This document shows positions 36,340 to 48,709 of a stretch of DNA of 64,000 bases, piece after piece (within the stretch, counting starts at the first letter, position 1; each line of letters opens with the position of its first letter). Origin of the DNA: Podarcis tiliguerta (lineage: Eukaryota); the NCBI GenBank assembly GCA_965153285.1, contig OZ229110.1. One strand, 5' to 3'. The translations under genes were made by a program, and so were the position numbers. The notes under the pieces are model-generated. The model was given only the letters and a program-made list of their open reading frames with translations. It searched no databases and was not told where the DNA came from.

Positions 36340-37900
36340 TTCTCTTCCTCCGGTATTCTTGACAATGACATTGTTCTAGAGTGCCTAGCCAGGACGGGAG
36401 CTGGAGGCACTATTTTGCAGTGGTTCTGCTCCTGTCTGGATGGCCAACTCCAGAACAATGCCATGGTCAAGAGTCTCTTGTGTAGAGCTCTTCAGGGTTC
36501 AGTCTTATAATCCATTCTATTTGGCGTCTTTATGATACAGCTGAGTGGGAATTATCCAGAGTTTTAGAGTCTGCTGCCATCACTGCTGATCAGACGCAGC
36601 ACTGTTTTTCCTTTATAGCTTGAGTAGGTGTGGCAGTGGATATGCTGTCTGGCCTCAGTAATGGACTAGGCGAGAGCCAATAAACTGAATCTGATTCGAG
36701 ACAAGTTTTGAGATACTGCAAGTTGATTCCTCAGACTGGATGTGTGAAGTGGATCCTGTTCTGGATGCCATCTCACTCTCCCTGAAGGAGCAGGTCCACA
36801 GCTTGAGGGTATTCTTAGCTCCAACATTGCTACTAGAAGCCCACGTGATATCCATGGGATAGAGTATCTTCCACCAACTTTGGCTGTTGTCCAGCTATGA
36901 CCTTTTCTGGATGGGGATAGCTTTACTTCAGCTGTCTACATTCTGGTCTAGGCTGGATTACTGCAATGTGTTGTATGTGGGGCTTCCTTTGAGGACTGTT
37001 TGAAATGTAGTGGCCAGACTGTTAATAAAAACTGGAAGGCGTAAACCTAGAGCATCTGTTTTGGCCCAACTGCATTGGCTTTCAACTAGCTTCTGAGCTC
37101 AGTTCAAAGCACTGGTTTTCACCATTATTAAAGTTCCATGCAGGTCAGAACCCAATTACCTAAAGGACTGCCTTGTCTCATATGAACTTTCTCAGACACT
37201 GTGTTTGCCATCTGAGGCTCTTCTCTGTTTTTTCATCTCACCACCCCCCAGCCAAAAAAGCACTGCAAATCTTCTCTGTAATAGCTTCCTCCAGTCTTTG
37301 GAATGTTGCTCCCAGGGAGATACTCATGGTGCCCACTTTAATGTACCATATTTTGGCTCCATAGGGTGCACCGGACCATAGGGCGCACCTAGTTTTAGGG
37401 GGGGGGGGGTAAAGAAAAAAAAGTTATCCATCCCGCTCGCTGTCTTGGCTTCCTCTTTAGCCACGCACAACCTCTCCAGCCGGGAGAGGCTGCGCGCGGC
37501 TTTGTTCTTAGCCACGGGGCTGGGGCAGGGGAAGCCCGAGCTTCCCCCGACCCCAGCTCCCAGAACAGGCAGCTATCTGTAAGCCTTCCAAGTGCAGCAG
37601 GAACTCCTGCTGCGCTCCGAAGGCTTGCAGATAGCTGCCTGAAGCCTGGAGAGCGAGAGGGGTCGGTGCACACCGACCCCTCTCGCTCTCCAGGCTTCAG
37701 CAAAAACCTGAATTCGTTCCATAGGACGCACACACATTTCCCCTTCATTTTTGGAGGGGAAAAGGTGCGTCCTATAGAGCGAAAAATACGGTACTTTCAG
37801 TGCCAGGTTAAAGCATTTTCATTCTCCCAGGTATATGGGCACCTTTGATTCTATTGATGTTACAGTTACTTAATCCAAGCTTTGGTGTGGTTTTATCATT
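36340..37900 (+). mobile_element. Old degenerate L2 LINE (RT to 3' end), interrupted by a MITE
   Basis: Colinear but decayed similarity to 6835-8023 (ggagctggaggcact, aggctggattactgcaatg, actgcattggct). Confidence 0.75.
37346..37791. mobile_element. pogo-like MITE with three internal hairpins
   Basis: TA-CCATATTTTGGCTCCATAGG...CCTATAGAGCGAAAAATACGG-TA; perfect 30-bp stem at 37639-37700. Confidence 0.88.
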
Positions 37901-38011
37901 GTTACTGTATTGATATTGTGTATTGGTTTATACATTTTCGTTATGATTTATTGTATTTATATAGTAAATTGATTTAAGACTTATTATTTATAAAATGATA
38001 TGCAAGGCTAA

Positions 38012-38445
38012 TGTCAGGGAACTGCCATCGGAGCGGGAGGCGGTGAGAGGGCTCCCGGATGATGGTGGAGAGGGCCCTAGTAGGAGGAGGGATAGCCCAT
38101 ACGCTGGGGAAGGTAATCAGCGTAACACCAGTGGAGAAGGGGAGGAGATAGAGGAAGCGGAGAGGTGGCTCCAGGACTCTTCGCAGGAGACCAGCGGAGA
38201 GGGGACAAGTGCTCCTTTGCCCACACCCACCCTGCGCGGAAAGCTTTCGCGCAGGCAACGGGGGAGGAGACTGGGCGTTAAGCAGCTTTTATGTTGGAAG
38301 CGGTTTAAGAAACGCCCACTGACGGATTCTGCCAGTGACTGAGGCAGCCACGGAATAGAGGCTGTCCTGTCAGAAAGGGTTCAGCCATGCAACCTAGCCA
38401 TGAGTAAAGGCAACTTACGCACAAGCAATCCCTAGAACCATTACA
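38012..38445 (+). mobile_element. Solo LTR (Gypsy-like), young
   Basis: TGT...ACA termini, perfect 5-bp TSD GCTAA (38007-38011 and 38446-38450), CpGs retained, AGTAAA near the 3' end. Confidence 0.85.
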
Positions 38446-39062
38446 GCTAATCAATCTACAACACTTTTATCCATGTGCATGCACACTCTCAACTATCATC
38501 ATCTTGATTGCATATTTTCTGCTTGTAACATGCTGAAAATAGTTATGTTGTATGTGCTCATCACAATTCAGAAATTATAGGTGGCAACCATTTTGCACAG
38601 GGATTCCGCTCCTGCCCAGCCCTGTTATGCCCCTGTCCCACCCTCTTCCGGGCCTAAATGGACCCATGCGGCGGAAGTTGGCATGTGCAGAAAGGTTGCC
38701 ACCTGTAGCTCCAATCAAGCAATGGGTTCATTTTGCTTAATCCCATTTACATAGAAAGATGCACAAAGAATGAAACCTTCAGGTAGCTAGCCAAAGCAGT
38801 CCAGAACAAAATTCCTTCCAAGTACCAAATAAAGTGATCAGTTGGATCTAGTGTATGAAGCAAAACCCTTCTACTTTGCTTTTGAGGGGAAAATGCCTGT
38901 GGCACTTATTCACATATTGTGGGAAGTTCCTTCTGTAACAACTTTCTTAATTCCATTTTCCTCCTGTTTCTATGGAGGAACATTTTGCAAATGAATTTTC
39001 TGTCTTCTTGAGTTTAAACCTCTTTGCAGCATTTTTTGTAATTCAAAATAAAATCATTTCAG

Positions 39063-39152
39063 ATATGTGATCGTTGGCTTAAATTGGCTCCAAGCTGTTA
39101 TTAAGAGGTGGTGGCCAGACCTTTCTGCCCATGCAGAAAAAATAGAGGATGG
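39063..39152 (+). CDS. KATNBL1: KATNBL1 coding exon 7 ([30 protein letters not shown])
   Basis: catttcag| and TGG|gtaagt. Confidence 0.96.
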
Positions 39153-40926
39153 GTAAGTTACGCTTTTCAAAGTTCATGACACTATGGCACTTAATATGAC
39201 TTACATTTCTTGCTTTTTAAATTCACTCTGTTTTTTGCTTTACAGTTTGCAGATTAGCAGTTATTGAAACAGCCATAGTACCTGGAAATTCTTTGTTTAA
39301 TATAATACCCCCAATGTACTATAGGCAATATTCTTAAAATGTCAAACTCCAAGCATGGTTTATAGCTGAAAACTGCAATAGAATGGCAGTCATTGTTCAG
39401 AGGAGATGATGTCAAGACATCTACAGATATTATGCAGTTAACTTCCACTCATGTAGTCTGATTTCCCCTTCCCTTCCCTTCTTCTGGACCAGATTTGGGG
39501 GGGGGGGGTTCACCAGCAGGGTATAGGGAAGAGAAAGGAAGGGTATGTCCTGTTACACAAGCAGAAATCCATTGTACAAATAGGTGAGCATCACTGGATG
39601 CGGCCCCAAATATTGAATTTGTTCGTCTTTATAAAAATACTTATATGCTACCTTATGGCCCTCAAAGGAGCCCCATGGCAGTTTACAAACTTAAAATACT
39701 TTAGCTTTAATACACAACTGAGGCTTTGTAAAAGAGAAAAGTTTACTTTAATCTCAAATCTTCTTTTAATAAAATGTTGAAAGAATGTGGCAACTTGTGT
39801 TTCAGAAGAAAAATGTGGTTTTATAAGTATTAGGTAACTGCTTAAAATTGGCTGCTGTTGCAAAAAGACAGGGATACTTCACTGTCTTTGAATGCTTTGA
39901 AACTATTTTGCTACATCCTTCCCCCCATTGAAAACCTAGTTTTACAAGTTTATTTTTGAAAATAGAATAATCCATGGACTAAATGAAAATATGTCTAAGG
40001 ACATATCTACACTATAGACTTAAACTGTTTTAACATGCCATTCAGCTTTGAGGAAAACTGGTTCTCTGAGGAGACTTTGATCTCTAATAGGATCATCTCA
40101 GAACCTCTTCAAACTGCAGTTCTTAGCATTCTTTAGCGGAAGCTATGACAGGAAAAATTATATTAAACATATAGTAAGTATGTAGCATAGTTTAAATCTG
40201 TTAATCCCTACTAACGTGTTCATGAGTATGGATCAGAAATGCAAGAAGCTTCCAGCTGAATGGGATAGTTTAGCGTGATATAGGAGAATAGGTTTTTCAG
40301 TATATTCAGTTGGTTTCTTTAAAACATTTTATAAATTTCCTTAAATAATATATGTAGAATCAAACCACCAGACAATATTTAAAATATCCCACATCTCAAC
40401 TGCAGGTGTAGATAATGTGTTTTGATGGCAGGGGGGATCTAAATGCTTTTGGGGTGATTATTTGAAAGATAAAACCCTAATCAAAGCACTAGCAATAATT
40501 TTAACAACTGGATTATTGAGGAAATCATTTAAAAATTGAGTGCCTGAAACATTTTTTGCATATTTTTAAAATCACTACAATGTACCCTCCTGTTCTCAGG
40601 TCAGAACTAGATTTTTGGGGTCAGATTGCTTGGAGCAGCACTGAAATCTATCAAATTAAACAATATAGCTTGAGTTTCTTTTTCTCCCAGGATGTTTCAT
40701 TACATTTTGCTTTCTCTATTAACCAACAGTTCTATCCATAAAAACTGGGAGAACTTTCTCCTTAGACTAAGATTCCCCCTCTAATCTTTAAAAAAATATT
40801 TTTAGTTTTTACCTATATGTATTTTTTAATTTCCTGAACTGAAGTTGGAAAAACTATCATAGTAAAGGGGTGCTCAATTTAGGGATGCCCAAAATATAAT
40901 TCTATGTGTTTGTCTTTCTTTCATAG

Positions 40927-41020
40927 AAATATTCAGATTTTAAAGACACAATTAAGTGGATTGTGGAAGCAAGAAAATCATCTTACTTTGGTTCCAGGAT
41001 ATACGGGTAATATAGCAAAG
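40927..41020 (+). CDS. KATNBL1: KATNBL1 coding exon 8 ([31 protein letters not shown])
   Basis: ttttcatag| and AAG|gtaatg. Confidence 0.97.
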
Positions 41021-41529
41021 GTAATGTGTTTGTGGTGTTCCCTCGTGGTCTCAATGTTATACAGCCTCCATTACAGTTAAGTTGTAGTGAGCTGATTTAT
41101 TTTGTGGGGTGCTACTAAGCATTCAGAAGTCTGATTCTCTATGTAAACAGCAACCAACTATTTCTCTTTGTTTAGTTAATGTGACCGGGGCCTGCAAAGT
41201 GTTGGGGTGACTTTTCCTCGTATTAATTCATTGAACTGCTCTCGCTCTCCTCAGTCTTTGTCACTTTTAAAGTAGCCCATTTGTAAGTTGGATTGAATAA
41301 ATTTGGCTTATTCTTTATTGTGGGTCTGCTCCTCAGTCTTTGTTGGTAAGCATTTCTCATCCCTTGGCTCTTTTGCTTGATCAGCCTGATCCTTGTTTTC
41401 TTTATTCTGCACCAGCCTGCAGAAGTATCAAATGTTTTCCTTTCTATTAGAGGAGGGAGCCGTGTACGTGGCTCAAATGAAAAGGAAGAGAAGACATAAT
41501 CGTAGCAATCCTTGAAGCAATTCCAAAGG

Positions 41530-41722
41530 CTTCACATTATGTTGTCAACCTTGCCATAGCCCTGTGAGAAGCAATTGTAGTATTATGTCTATATTGCAGA
41601 TAGAGGGCTGAGATCGAGTGTGAAGTGCTTAATCAGCTTAGTGAGCTCCTTGTACAGGTGAAATTCAAACCAGAGTCTTTCTGGTTCTATCTCAGTTTCC
41701 TAGCGCTGATTCACCAGCTCTC
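41530..41722 (-). mobile_element. Old tRNA-derived (CORE/MIR-like) SINE remnant
   Basis: ccctgtgag...ttgcagat...ggctgag...gaaattcaaaccagagtct pattern typical of a reversed CORE-type SINE. Confidence 0.45.
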
Positions 41723-42435
41723 ATGAAAGAAATATGTATGGTTGAGGAGGAAAGAATCTCATCCTTGCCCATGCGTTACTGAAGCTCCTCCTGCCTGCAG
41801 ACTTCTTCAGGTGTTATTAAGTTGCCATTCTTGGTACACCCCCCCCCAGCTTTCCAGGGTTATATCACAAGGTTGACATCTACAAGGAGATGAAGAGGGC
41901 TTGTATCGCGCTCGCGCTCTCCAAAGTGGAGGACACAAAAACAAAAGATTCACTTTTCTCTGTTTCAATAGCACTTGCTCAAGGGCTTGGAACAATTCTA
42001 GAAGGGATAATGAAAGAATCCATGTGCAGAAGGGAAGGATTTCCCAAGATGTGTGCTTTAGCATAGCATCTATTGCTGGAAGGAGCAGGGGAGGGTTTGT
42101 ACAGGGTGACTGAATAGTTCAACATCTCACCCTAGAGCAACAATTCCCATATAACATTTCAGATTCTTGGGGTGGTGCCTGCAGTGGGGTGGGGTACACT
42201 CCTATTCATATGACTTTCTATGAGCAAGGTGAGATACTCATGTAGAACACGTTCACAAAATTCTAGTGATATCTGTGTAAAAGAGATTCTTCAAAGGGGA
42301 CATTTTTGTCCAGAAGCAAATGATACTTGGCTGCATCAATTCAAACAGTCAGTAGTTGCCTCTTCTTAGATTCTAGCCCTACTTTGTGCAGTGAATGGCT
42401 CTTTGAATTAATTTATCTTTCTCCTTTTTTTTAAG

Positions 42436-42468
42436 GATGTGGATGCTTATTTATTACAGCTGCACTGA
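42436..42468 (+). CDS. KATNBL1: KATNBL1 last coding exon (DVDAYLLQLH*)
   Basis: ttttaag| acceptor; matches the recalled human C-terminus; spliced CDS is 915 nt = 304 aa. Confidence 0.97.
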   Translation, partial: DVDAYLLQLH

Positions 42469-43786
42469 CATTCCTGGAGGACAAGTGTATGTGTACATGT
42501 AGTGTGTGTTGGCTAAGAAGCCCTTCAAGTAATCCTGAACTATGTACTGTTTCCAAAAGGACATCTCTTCTGAGAACTGTCTTTGGCAGGAGAGGACTAG
42601 ACCGCCAGACTGTTTAATTCAACCACTAAAATCCATCTGCTTCACATTGAAGTGGAAAAATTTCTAATAGGAGCAACCTTTACTTCAATGAGGTGAAAGT
42701 GCACTATGAAAACTATACGTATGCCTTTGCTGCATTTTGGGATTGTTCAGTTACTGGATGAAGTCGTGAAAGTGTTTCTACTGCATAATGGTATAAAACA
42801 GCAAAACTTAATTGTGAAGACAGAATTGCAGAACCAGTTACTAGGAACCACAAGAGACCAGTCGCCATAAATATTTTTTAAACTTTGTTTTTCTTATGAA
42901 TTGTAAAAATGTGTATATTTTCAAGATATTATGAAATTTTGCTGTATTGAAACTCTGATATATGTCTGCTATATTAATCAAGATATTAAAGACTATTTTT
43001 GTTGCACTACTGAGAAACTGTATATAGCAAGGGGCCTTAACTACTAGTATTGCAAATAGCCAATGTAGTAAGAAACCATTATAGCCAATATATAAAGATG
43101 CTGTATAGAGGGATGGAAACTCTTTATTAAAAATCAGGGTGTTTACACAAATTGTGTACAAATCATTTTGAAACATTTTGCACACTTAAATATATTTAAG
43201 TGGATATTTCCACTGACTGACTACTTAAATACCTGTATGACCTAAGAGTACTAAAATGTAGGCATAGAGGGAGGTTGTTAGCAAAATGGTGAATATGTAC
43301 ACCTAGCATTTTTAATACTTAAATTTTCTAATATATTCTGTTGTGTTACATTTAAATGTGTCGAGTAAACATACTAAATGTTACTACTGCTTTAATTAAG
43401 TTCGCATAACTTTACCTGGTTGGTTCTCTCACTCCGCTTAGGACATCTTCAGATATTTATAACTCCAAGCTCCTAGAAATGTTTACGGCCACGGTAGGCC
43501 TATGCTTTTCAGATTTGACAATGCATCTGCTACCTCCTCTAATTAATATTGCTGCAGCTCTTGCAAATGTAGTTGCCATACTCCTGACTTAACATTTAAT
43601 CTTAACTGGAAGATTAATGCAATAATACATCCAGTGCAAAAGTTTACAGTTGTGTTTCTTTTGACTCATTTGCGATATTTTAGTTCAATCTGCTATGGTT
43701 TATCAGCTATATTAAAAAGGAAAACAGGTTGATGGGTTTGTGGGATGGCACCTGTGTCTTATGTTACTAGTAAATATGTTTGTCTA

Positions 43787-43792
43787 AATAAA
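43787..43792 (+). terminator. Candidate KATNBL1 poly(A) signal
   Basis: AATAAA closing ~1.3 kb of AT-rich 3'UTR-like sequence with no recognisable repeats. Confidence 0.55.
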
Positions 43793-44309
43793 ATTCTATC
43801 GAGTGCCAGCTGTGCACAAAACAAACTGAAATGTATTTTTGCAGCATGCCAACCAAGTTGATCACCGGATTTCATTTTGATCTTCAGTGTGCTTTGTGAT
43901 TATACACCAGCTGCTTCTATACATAACTGGAGACTGTTAGAAAGAGGTCTCTTTTCATGTATTGTGCCATGAGAACATTTATGGTCAAAAGCAAGGAATC
44001 AATATTTATCTATATAAGTGCACTGTAAAGACACTTGCCTCAATTTATACCAAGCTTCAGTAAATCAAGGGGGAGGGGGGGACCAAGAAGGCCTAATTCT
44101 CTTGTCTTGATTTACAAGCCTTGATAGCTGTGAGGAGATGGTCTTATGTCCTTAGGATCAGATGCATTAAGAATGTCAGTAGTGTACTGAAAGAACAGGA
44201 AATAGAGGCTTGTTCTCCCCTATGTTACAGAATACTTGCCTAGATTTTGGTTTTAAGGGGTTTCTGATTAGATTTTAAATCCAAGGTAATACTATAGTAG
44301 ATTACACAG

Positions 44310-45380
44310 AAACACTAGAGAGGCAGCTGGAGGTAGAGAATTGGATGAGAGGGATGGAGCTGAGTGTCATCAATGTACAGTGGTACCTCGGGTTAAGTAT
44401 TTAATTCGTTCCGGAGGTCCGTTCTTAACCTTAAACTGTTCTTAACCTGAAGCACCACTTTAGCTAATGGGGCCTCCCGCTGCTGCCGAGCCACTGGAGC
44501 ACAATTTCTGTTCTCATCCTGAATCAGAGTTCTTAACCCGAGGTACTATTTCTGGGTTAGCGGAGTCTGTAACCTGAAGCATATGTAACCTGAGGTACCA
44601 CTGAATAGGTGATACTGAAAGTCATGGAAAAGTGGTAAGCTTGCCGAAGGACAAAGTATGGTGAGAAAGAATAATAGGCAGCCAAGCCTTCTGAGGAATC
44701 CCAACAAGAGGGGAAAGCAGTATATGGAGACCCTGAAAAAGCGATTAGACAGGAAGAGAGCCAGTGGAGGACAGCAGCAAGGATCCCCAGGGCATAATAG
44801 GAATCTAACCGGAAGGAACTATTAACTATCAAACATGACAGAAAGATCAAGGAGATAAGTACAGAGAAGAGGCTCATAGATCTGGCAGTGAGGAGGTCAT
44901 CCATGATTTTCATGAGGGTAGTTCAGTGGAGTGAAAGAGGTGAAAGCCAGATTGGAGATGGTCAAAAGTAGAATTGGAGGAAAGATCGTTGTTATATAGG
45001 AGTAAGCAGCACAGTCCAGACGTTCAGAGATAAAGGGGGAAAGAGTAGTACTTGGAGAAGGGACAATGAGCCTAGAAATGTGTTCTTTTTTGAGAAGAGG
45101 GGAAATGGTGTGTTTGGATACTCGAAGGAGATGGTGCATAAGGGATGAGAGGGATGTTCGAAAAGGGCAGTTCGAAAGGGGCAGAAAGGGGCAGAATGAA
45201 GGGCAGAGTAGACTGGTTCTATCTTAGCATTGGAGGAGGAGGCCAAATCTTGACCAGAGAGAGGAAGTGGGGAGTAGAGGAGTGGGCTTTGGCAGGCATC
45301 AAAGGTAGAGAAGTGCAGCTTGCAATACCTAGAGTTGGTGTGGAAGGGATGGATGAAGTAGTGCTATTTAGCCAGGAGTA
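44310..45380 (-). mobile_element. Ancient L2 LINE RT fragment
   Basis: Minus strand reads HLQSGFH...HSTE, KIMDDLLTARS...FSVLI, GIPQ and YIDDTQL; heavily decayed. Confidence 0.8.
44378..44603 (-). mobile_element. Family A MITE inserted at the L2 YxDD codons
   Basis: Both TIRs present; 5' TA. Confidence 0.88.
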
Positions 45381-45507
45381 GCTTGGAGGATAAAGATGTT
45401 TCCAGGGCAGGTTACTTGCTTTCTCCTGAAAATCATTTGAAACACAAGTAACAGAGATGAGTTTTTGTTTTAAAAGTAATGTTTTAAAAATGCCTATGCT
45501 ATTGAAA

Positions 45508-45936
45508 CCAGTAGTGATGTATGGAAGTGAGAGCTGGACCATAAAGAAGGCTGATCGTCGAAGAATTGACGCTTTTGAATTATGGTGCTGGAGGAGACTC
45601 TTGAGAGTCCCATGGACTGCAAGAAGATCATACCTATCCATTCTGAAGGAAATCAGCCCTGAGTGCTCACTGGAAGGACAGATCGTGAAGATGAGGCTCC
45701 AATACTTTGGCCACCTCATGAAAAGAGAAGACTCCCTGGAAAAGACCGATGTTGGGAAAGATGGCGGGCACAAGGAGAAGGGGACGACAGAGGACGAGAT
45801 GGTTGGACAGTGTTCTCGAAGCTACCAGCATGAGTTTGACCAAACTGCGGGAGGCATTGGAAGACAGGAGTGCCTGGCGTGCTCTGGTCCATGGGGTCAC
45901 AAAGAGTCGGACACGGCTAAACGACTAAACAACAAC
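45508..45936 (+). mobile_element. BovB 3' fragment
   Basis: VVMYGSESWTIKKADRRRIDAFELWCWRR...; perfect 10-bp TSD GCTATTGAAA (45498-45507 and 45937-45946). Confidence 0.93.
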
Positions 45937-46904
45937 GCTATTGAAAATGTACAATAAAATGAACGTACAATGAAAATGTACAATAACTAGATGTAAACAC
46001 CTTGGAATAGGGTGGAGACATCTCCACCCCGTCAACACCCCCTGGTTTGCACACAAACAGGAACGGAAGCTGTGCTGATGTGAACAGCTAGAGGGGAAAG
46101 AGCTGTGAAACGCACCAGGAGAAAAACAACTTCACTGCGCTCTAAGGCAGTAATGTGAACACACCCTTTGTGGGAAGAAGTCCACATAATGAAGGGTAGA
46201 CATTCTCTTTTTCACTCTACCAGTTCTTACTGTGCACAGATATTACACATAGATGATCTTGATGATATGTGGCTTTTAATAGAAGGACAATCCTTATGAG
46301 ATGCAGGATTTAGGCCATTAGGGGTCCGTGCCCAATTTCCAATGGTTACAGTTAAAGAACAGCAGGCTACAATTATACTGTTAGATTAGTTTAAGCAGAC
46401 CAGAGAAAATCCTTATTTTGAAATTAAGAGGTCAGCATTCACTGATAAGTTTGATTTATAAGAGAACTGATCGTCAGCATGGCATTGTTAGAAATAACAC
46501 CTGCTTAAGCTTTGACTGATTCCAGAAACTTGGGGACAGAGAGATTAAATAGAGCCAAAATGGAATATACTTGCTGAGCCAAAACCAATTCTTATATAGC
46601 TGCCTGGAACATTATGCTGGGAGACTACAATGTAATAAATGCTAGCAATAAAAATGCTAAATGGTTTCTTCTATTGTAGCTGTTAGAAAAGATACACAAA
46701 ATAGCTTGAAACCTCCCACACTACCAGGTTCCACACTATTGCCTAAATGATATATTTAGTACTCTTAAATGCTAGAAATAGAAATGGAGCTACATTTATT
46801 ATATCAGACAAAGTGCTTGAAATGGAATCATTAGAAGAAGAAAAACTGCTTGTAGGGTCAGAGAGAAAAAACATTTGCATCCATTTCCCCAACATTTATA
46901 CTTA

Positions 46905-47124
46905 CAGTGGTACCTCTGGTTAAGTACGTAATTCGTTCCGGAGGTCCGTTATTAACCTGAAACTGTTCTTAACCTGAAGCACCACTTTTGCTAATGGTGC
47001 CTCCCGCTGCTGCCACACACGCCACCGGAGCACGATTTCTGTTCTCATCCTGAAGCAAAGTTCTTAACCCGAGGTAATATTTCTGGGTTAGCGGCGTCTG
47101 TAACCTGAAGGGTATGTTACCCGA
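46905..47124 (-). mobile_element. Family A MITE, one TIR truncated
   Basis: TA-CAGTGGTACCTC start; body matches family A. Confidence 0.85.
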
Positions 47125-47599
47125 AGAAGAATCCAGGATTTTAGCATAGCTGTGATGCCATGTAGAAACAGAGGCATGAGTCTGAGGGAGGACCCCAAGG
47201 GCCACAAAAATTGATAATGCTTTAAGAAAATGCTACATCACTGAGAAAAAGCTATGAAACTGTTAAGAATGCTGAAGCTTTGAACCTGATGAGAATGCAA
47301 AAGCCCTTTCCCACAGGAAGAGAAGAAGCTAGCATTTTTATCACAGAACATACGCAGCTAAACACGCAGGTTTACAAAGCACAATAGCTTCATGTAACAA
47401 TGTCTCTGTATGGACAGCAAAACAGCCGATGCTTATGCTTATTGCGCAAGCATACTAACCTGAAATGTATCCAACAATTAGGATGAGGTAATGTGAAATA
47501 CTTATATGCATATGATTGGAAAGGGCTTTGTGTAGAAACTTATAAATAACCTCCCTAGACTGCTAGCTGAGGGTTACAGTTCTTGCGGAAGGGTCCGAC

Positions 47600-47690
47600 C
47601 ACAGCTGTCAACCTTTCCCTTTTTTTAAAGGGAAATTCCCTTATTCTGAATAGGATTCCTCGCAAGAAAAGGGAAAAGTTGACAGCTATG
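47600..47690. mobile_element. 91-bp hAT-type MITE (second copy)
   Basis: Homologous to 16520-16610; degenerate TSD GGTCCGAC/GATCTGAC. Confidence 0.8.
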
Positions 47691-47967
47691 GATCTGACTG
47701 TAACCTATTGCTTCCTAAGTAATAAAATGGCTGGGCTCTATCTCCTCCAGGTTCCTCAGTCTTATTGACAACAGAGGGGTTTTTATAGGGTTTGACCCCT
47801 TTCTACAAGTCCACCATCTAATTCAGATTTTACGTGAATGTATATGGGGGGGGGGGCAGTAGAAATGCTACACTACTGCAGAATATGAACTGCGTGAAAA
47901 GCCAGCATTGGTGGGCCTGCGGTTGGTTTAGATTTTTAGCTAAATATTCCCCACCCCACTCCACTCC

Positions 47968-47968
<1 letters not shown>

Positions 47969-48008
<40 letters not shown>

Positions 48009-48118
48009 TTATTATTTATACCCAGACCATCTGGCCGGGTTTCCCCAGCCACTCTGGGCGGCTTCCAAAAGAATATTAAAATACTGTGATACATCAAACA
48101 TTAAAAGCTTCCCTAAAC
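47969..48118 (-). mobile_element. L2 3' tail with (AAT)n
   Basis: Reverse complement of the L2 3'UTR. Confidence 0.82.
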
Positions 48119-48350
48119 ACCCCTCCCGTTACAGGCAACAGCAAAGATTAACGTTGCCCACTCAGGCCCCACTCGCAGCCCATATCCAGCCTTCAGTAGA
48201 AGTGTTATACCTTGCACTGAGTTTGCACTGAGCAAAAATAAGTTCTCTTGGAAAATACATTGTGCCCCCCTCCCCCGCATTAAACAAGACCTAAATTACG
48301 AAAAGCAGGTGCTCATCCCGATGCTGTAACTTATTACTCCTCTATTTATT

Positions 48351-48490
48351 TTAGAAGACAGCTGAAGGCAGCCCTGTTTAGTGAAGTTTTTAATGTTTGA
48401 TGTTTTACTGTGTTTTTAATATTCTGTTGGGAGCCGCCTAGAGTGGCTGGAGAAGCCCAGCCAGATGGGCGGGGTATAAATAATAATAAA

Positions 48491-48534
<44 letters not shown>
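48351..48534 (+). mobile_element. L2 3' tail with (ATT)n
   Basis: ttagaagacagctgaaggcagccctg...ggggtataaataataataaa(ATT)n. Confidence 0.82.
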
Positions 48535-48535
<1 letters not shown>

Positions 48536-48614
48536 AATTGCTGTATCGGATGTTTTTGGCGTTTGACGAGTGGCTGGGGAAACCCAGATTATTATTATTA
48601 ATTATTAATAATAA

Positions 48615-48669
48615 TAGAAATATTGTTGCCCAATCATAACTACCCTGAAACCCAGCAATGCTCACTACT

Positions 48670-48709
<40 letters not shown>

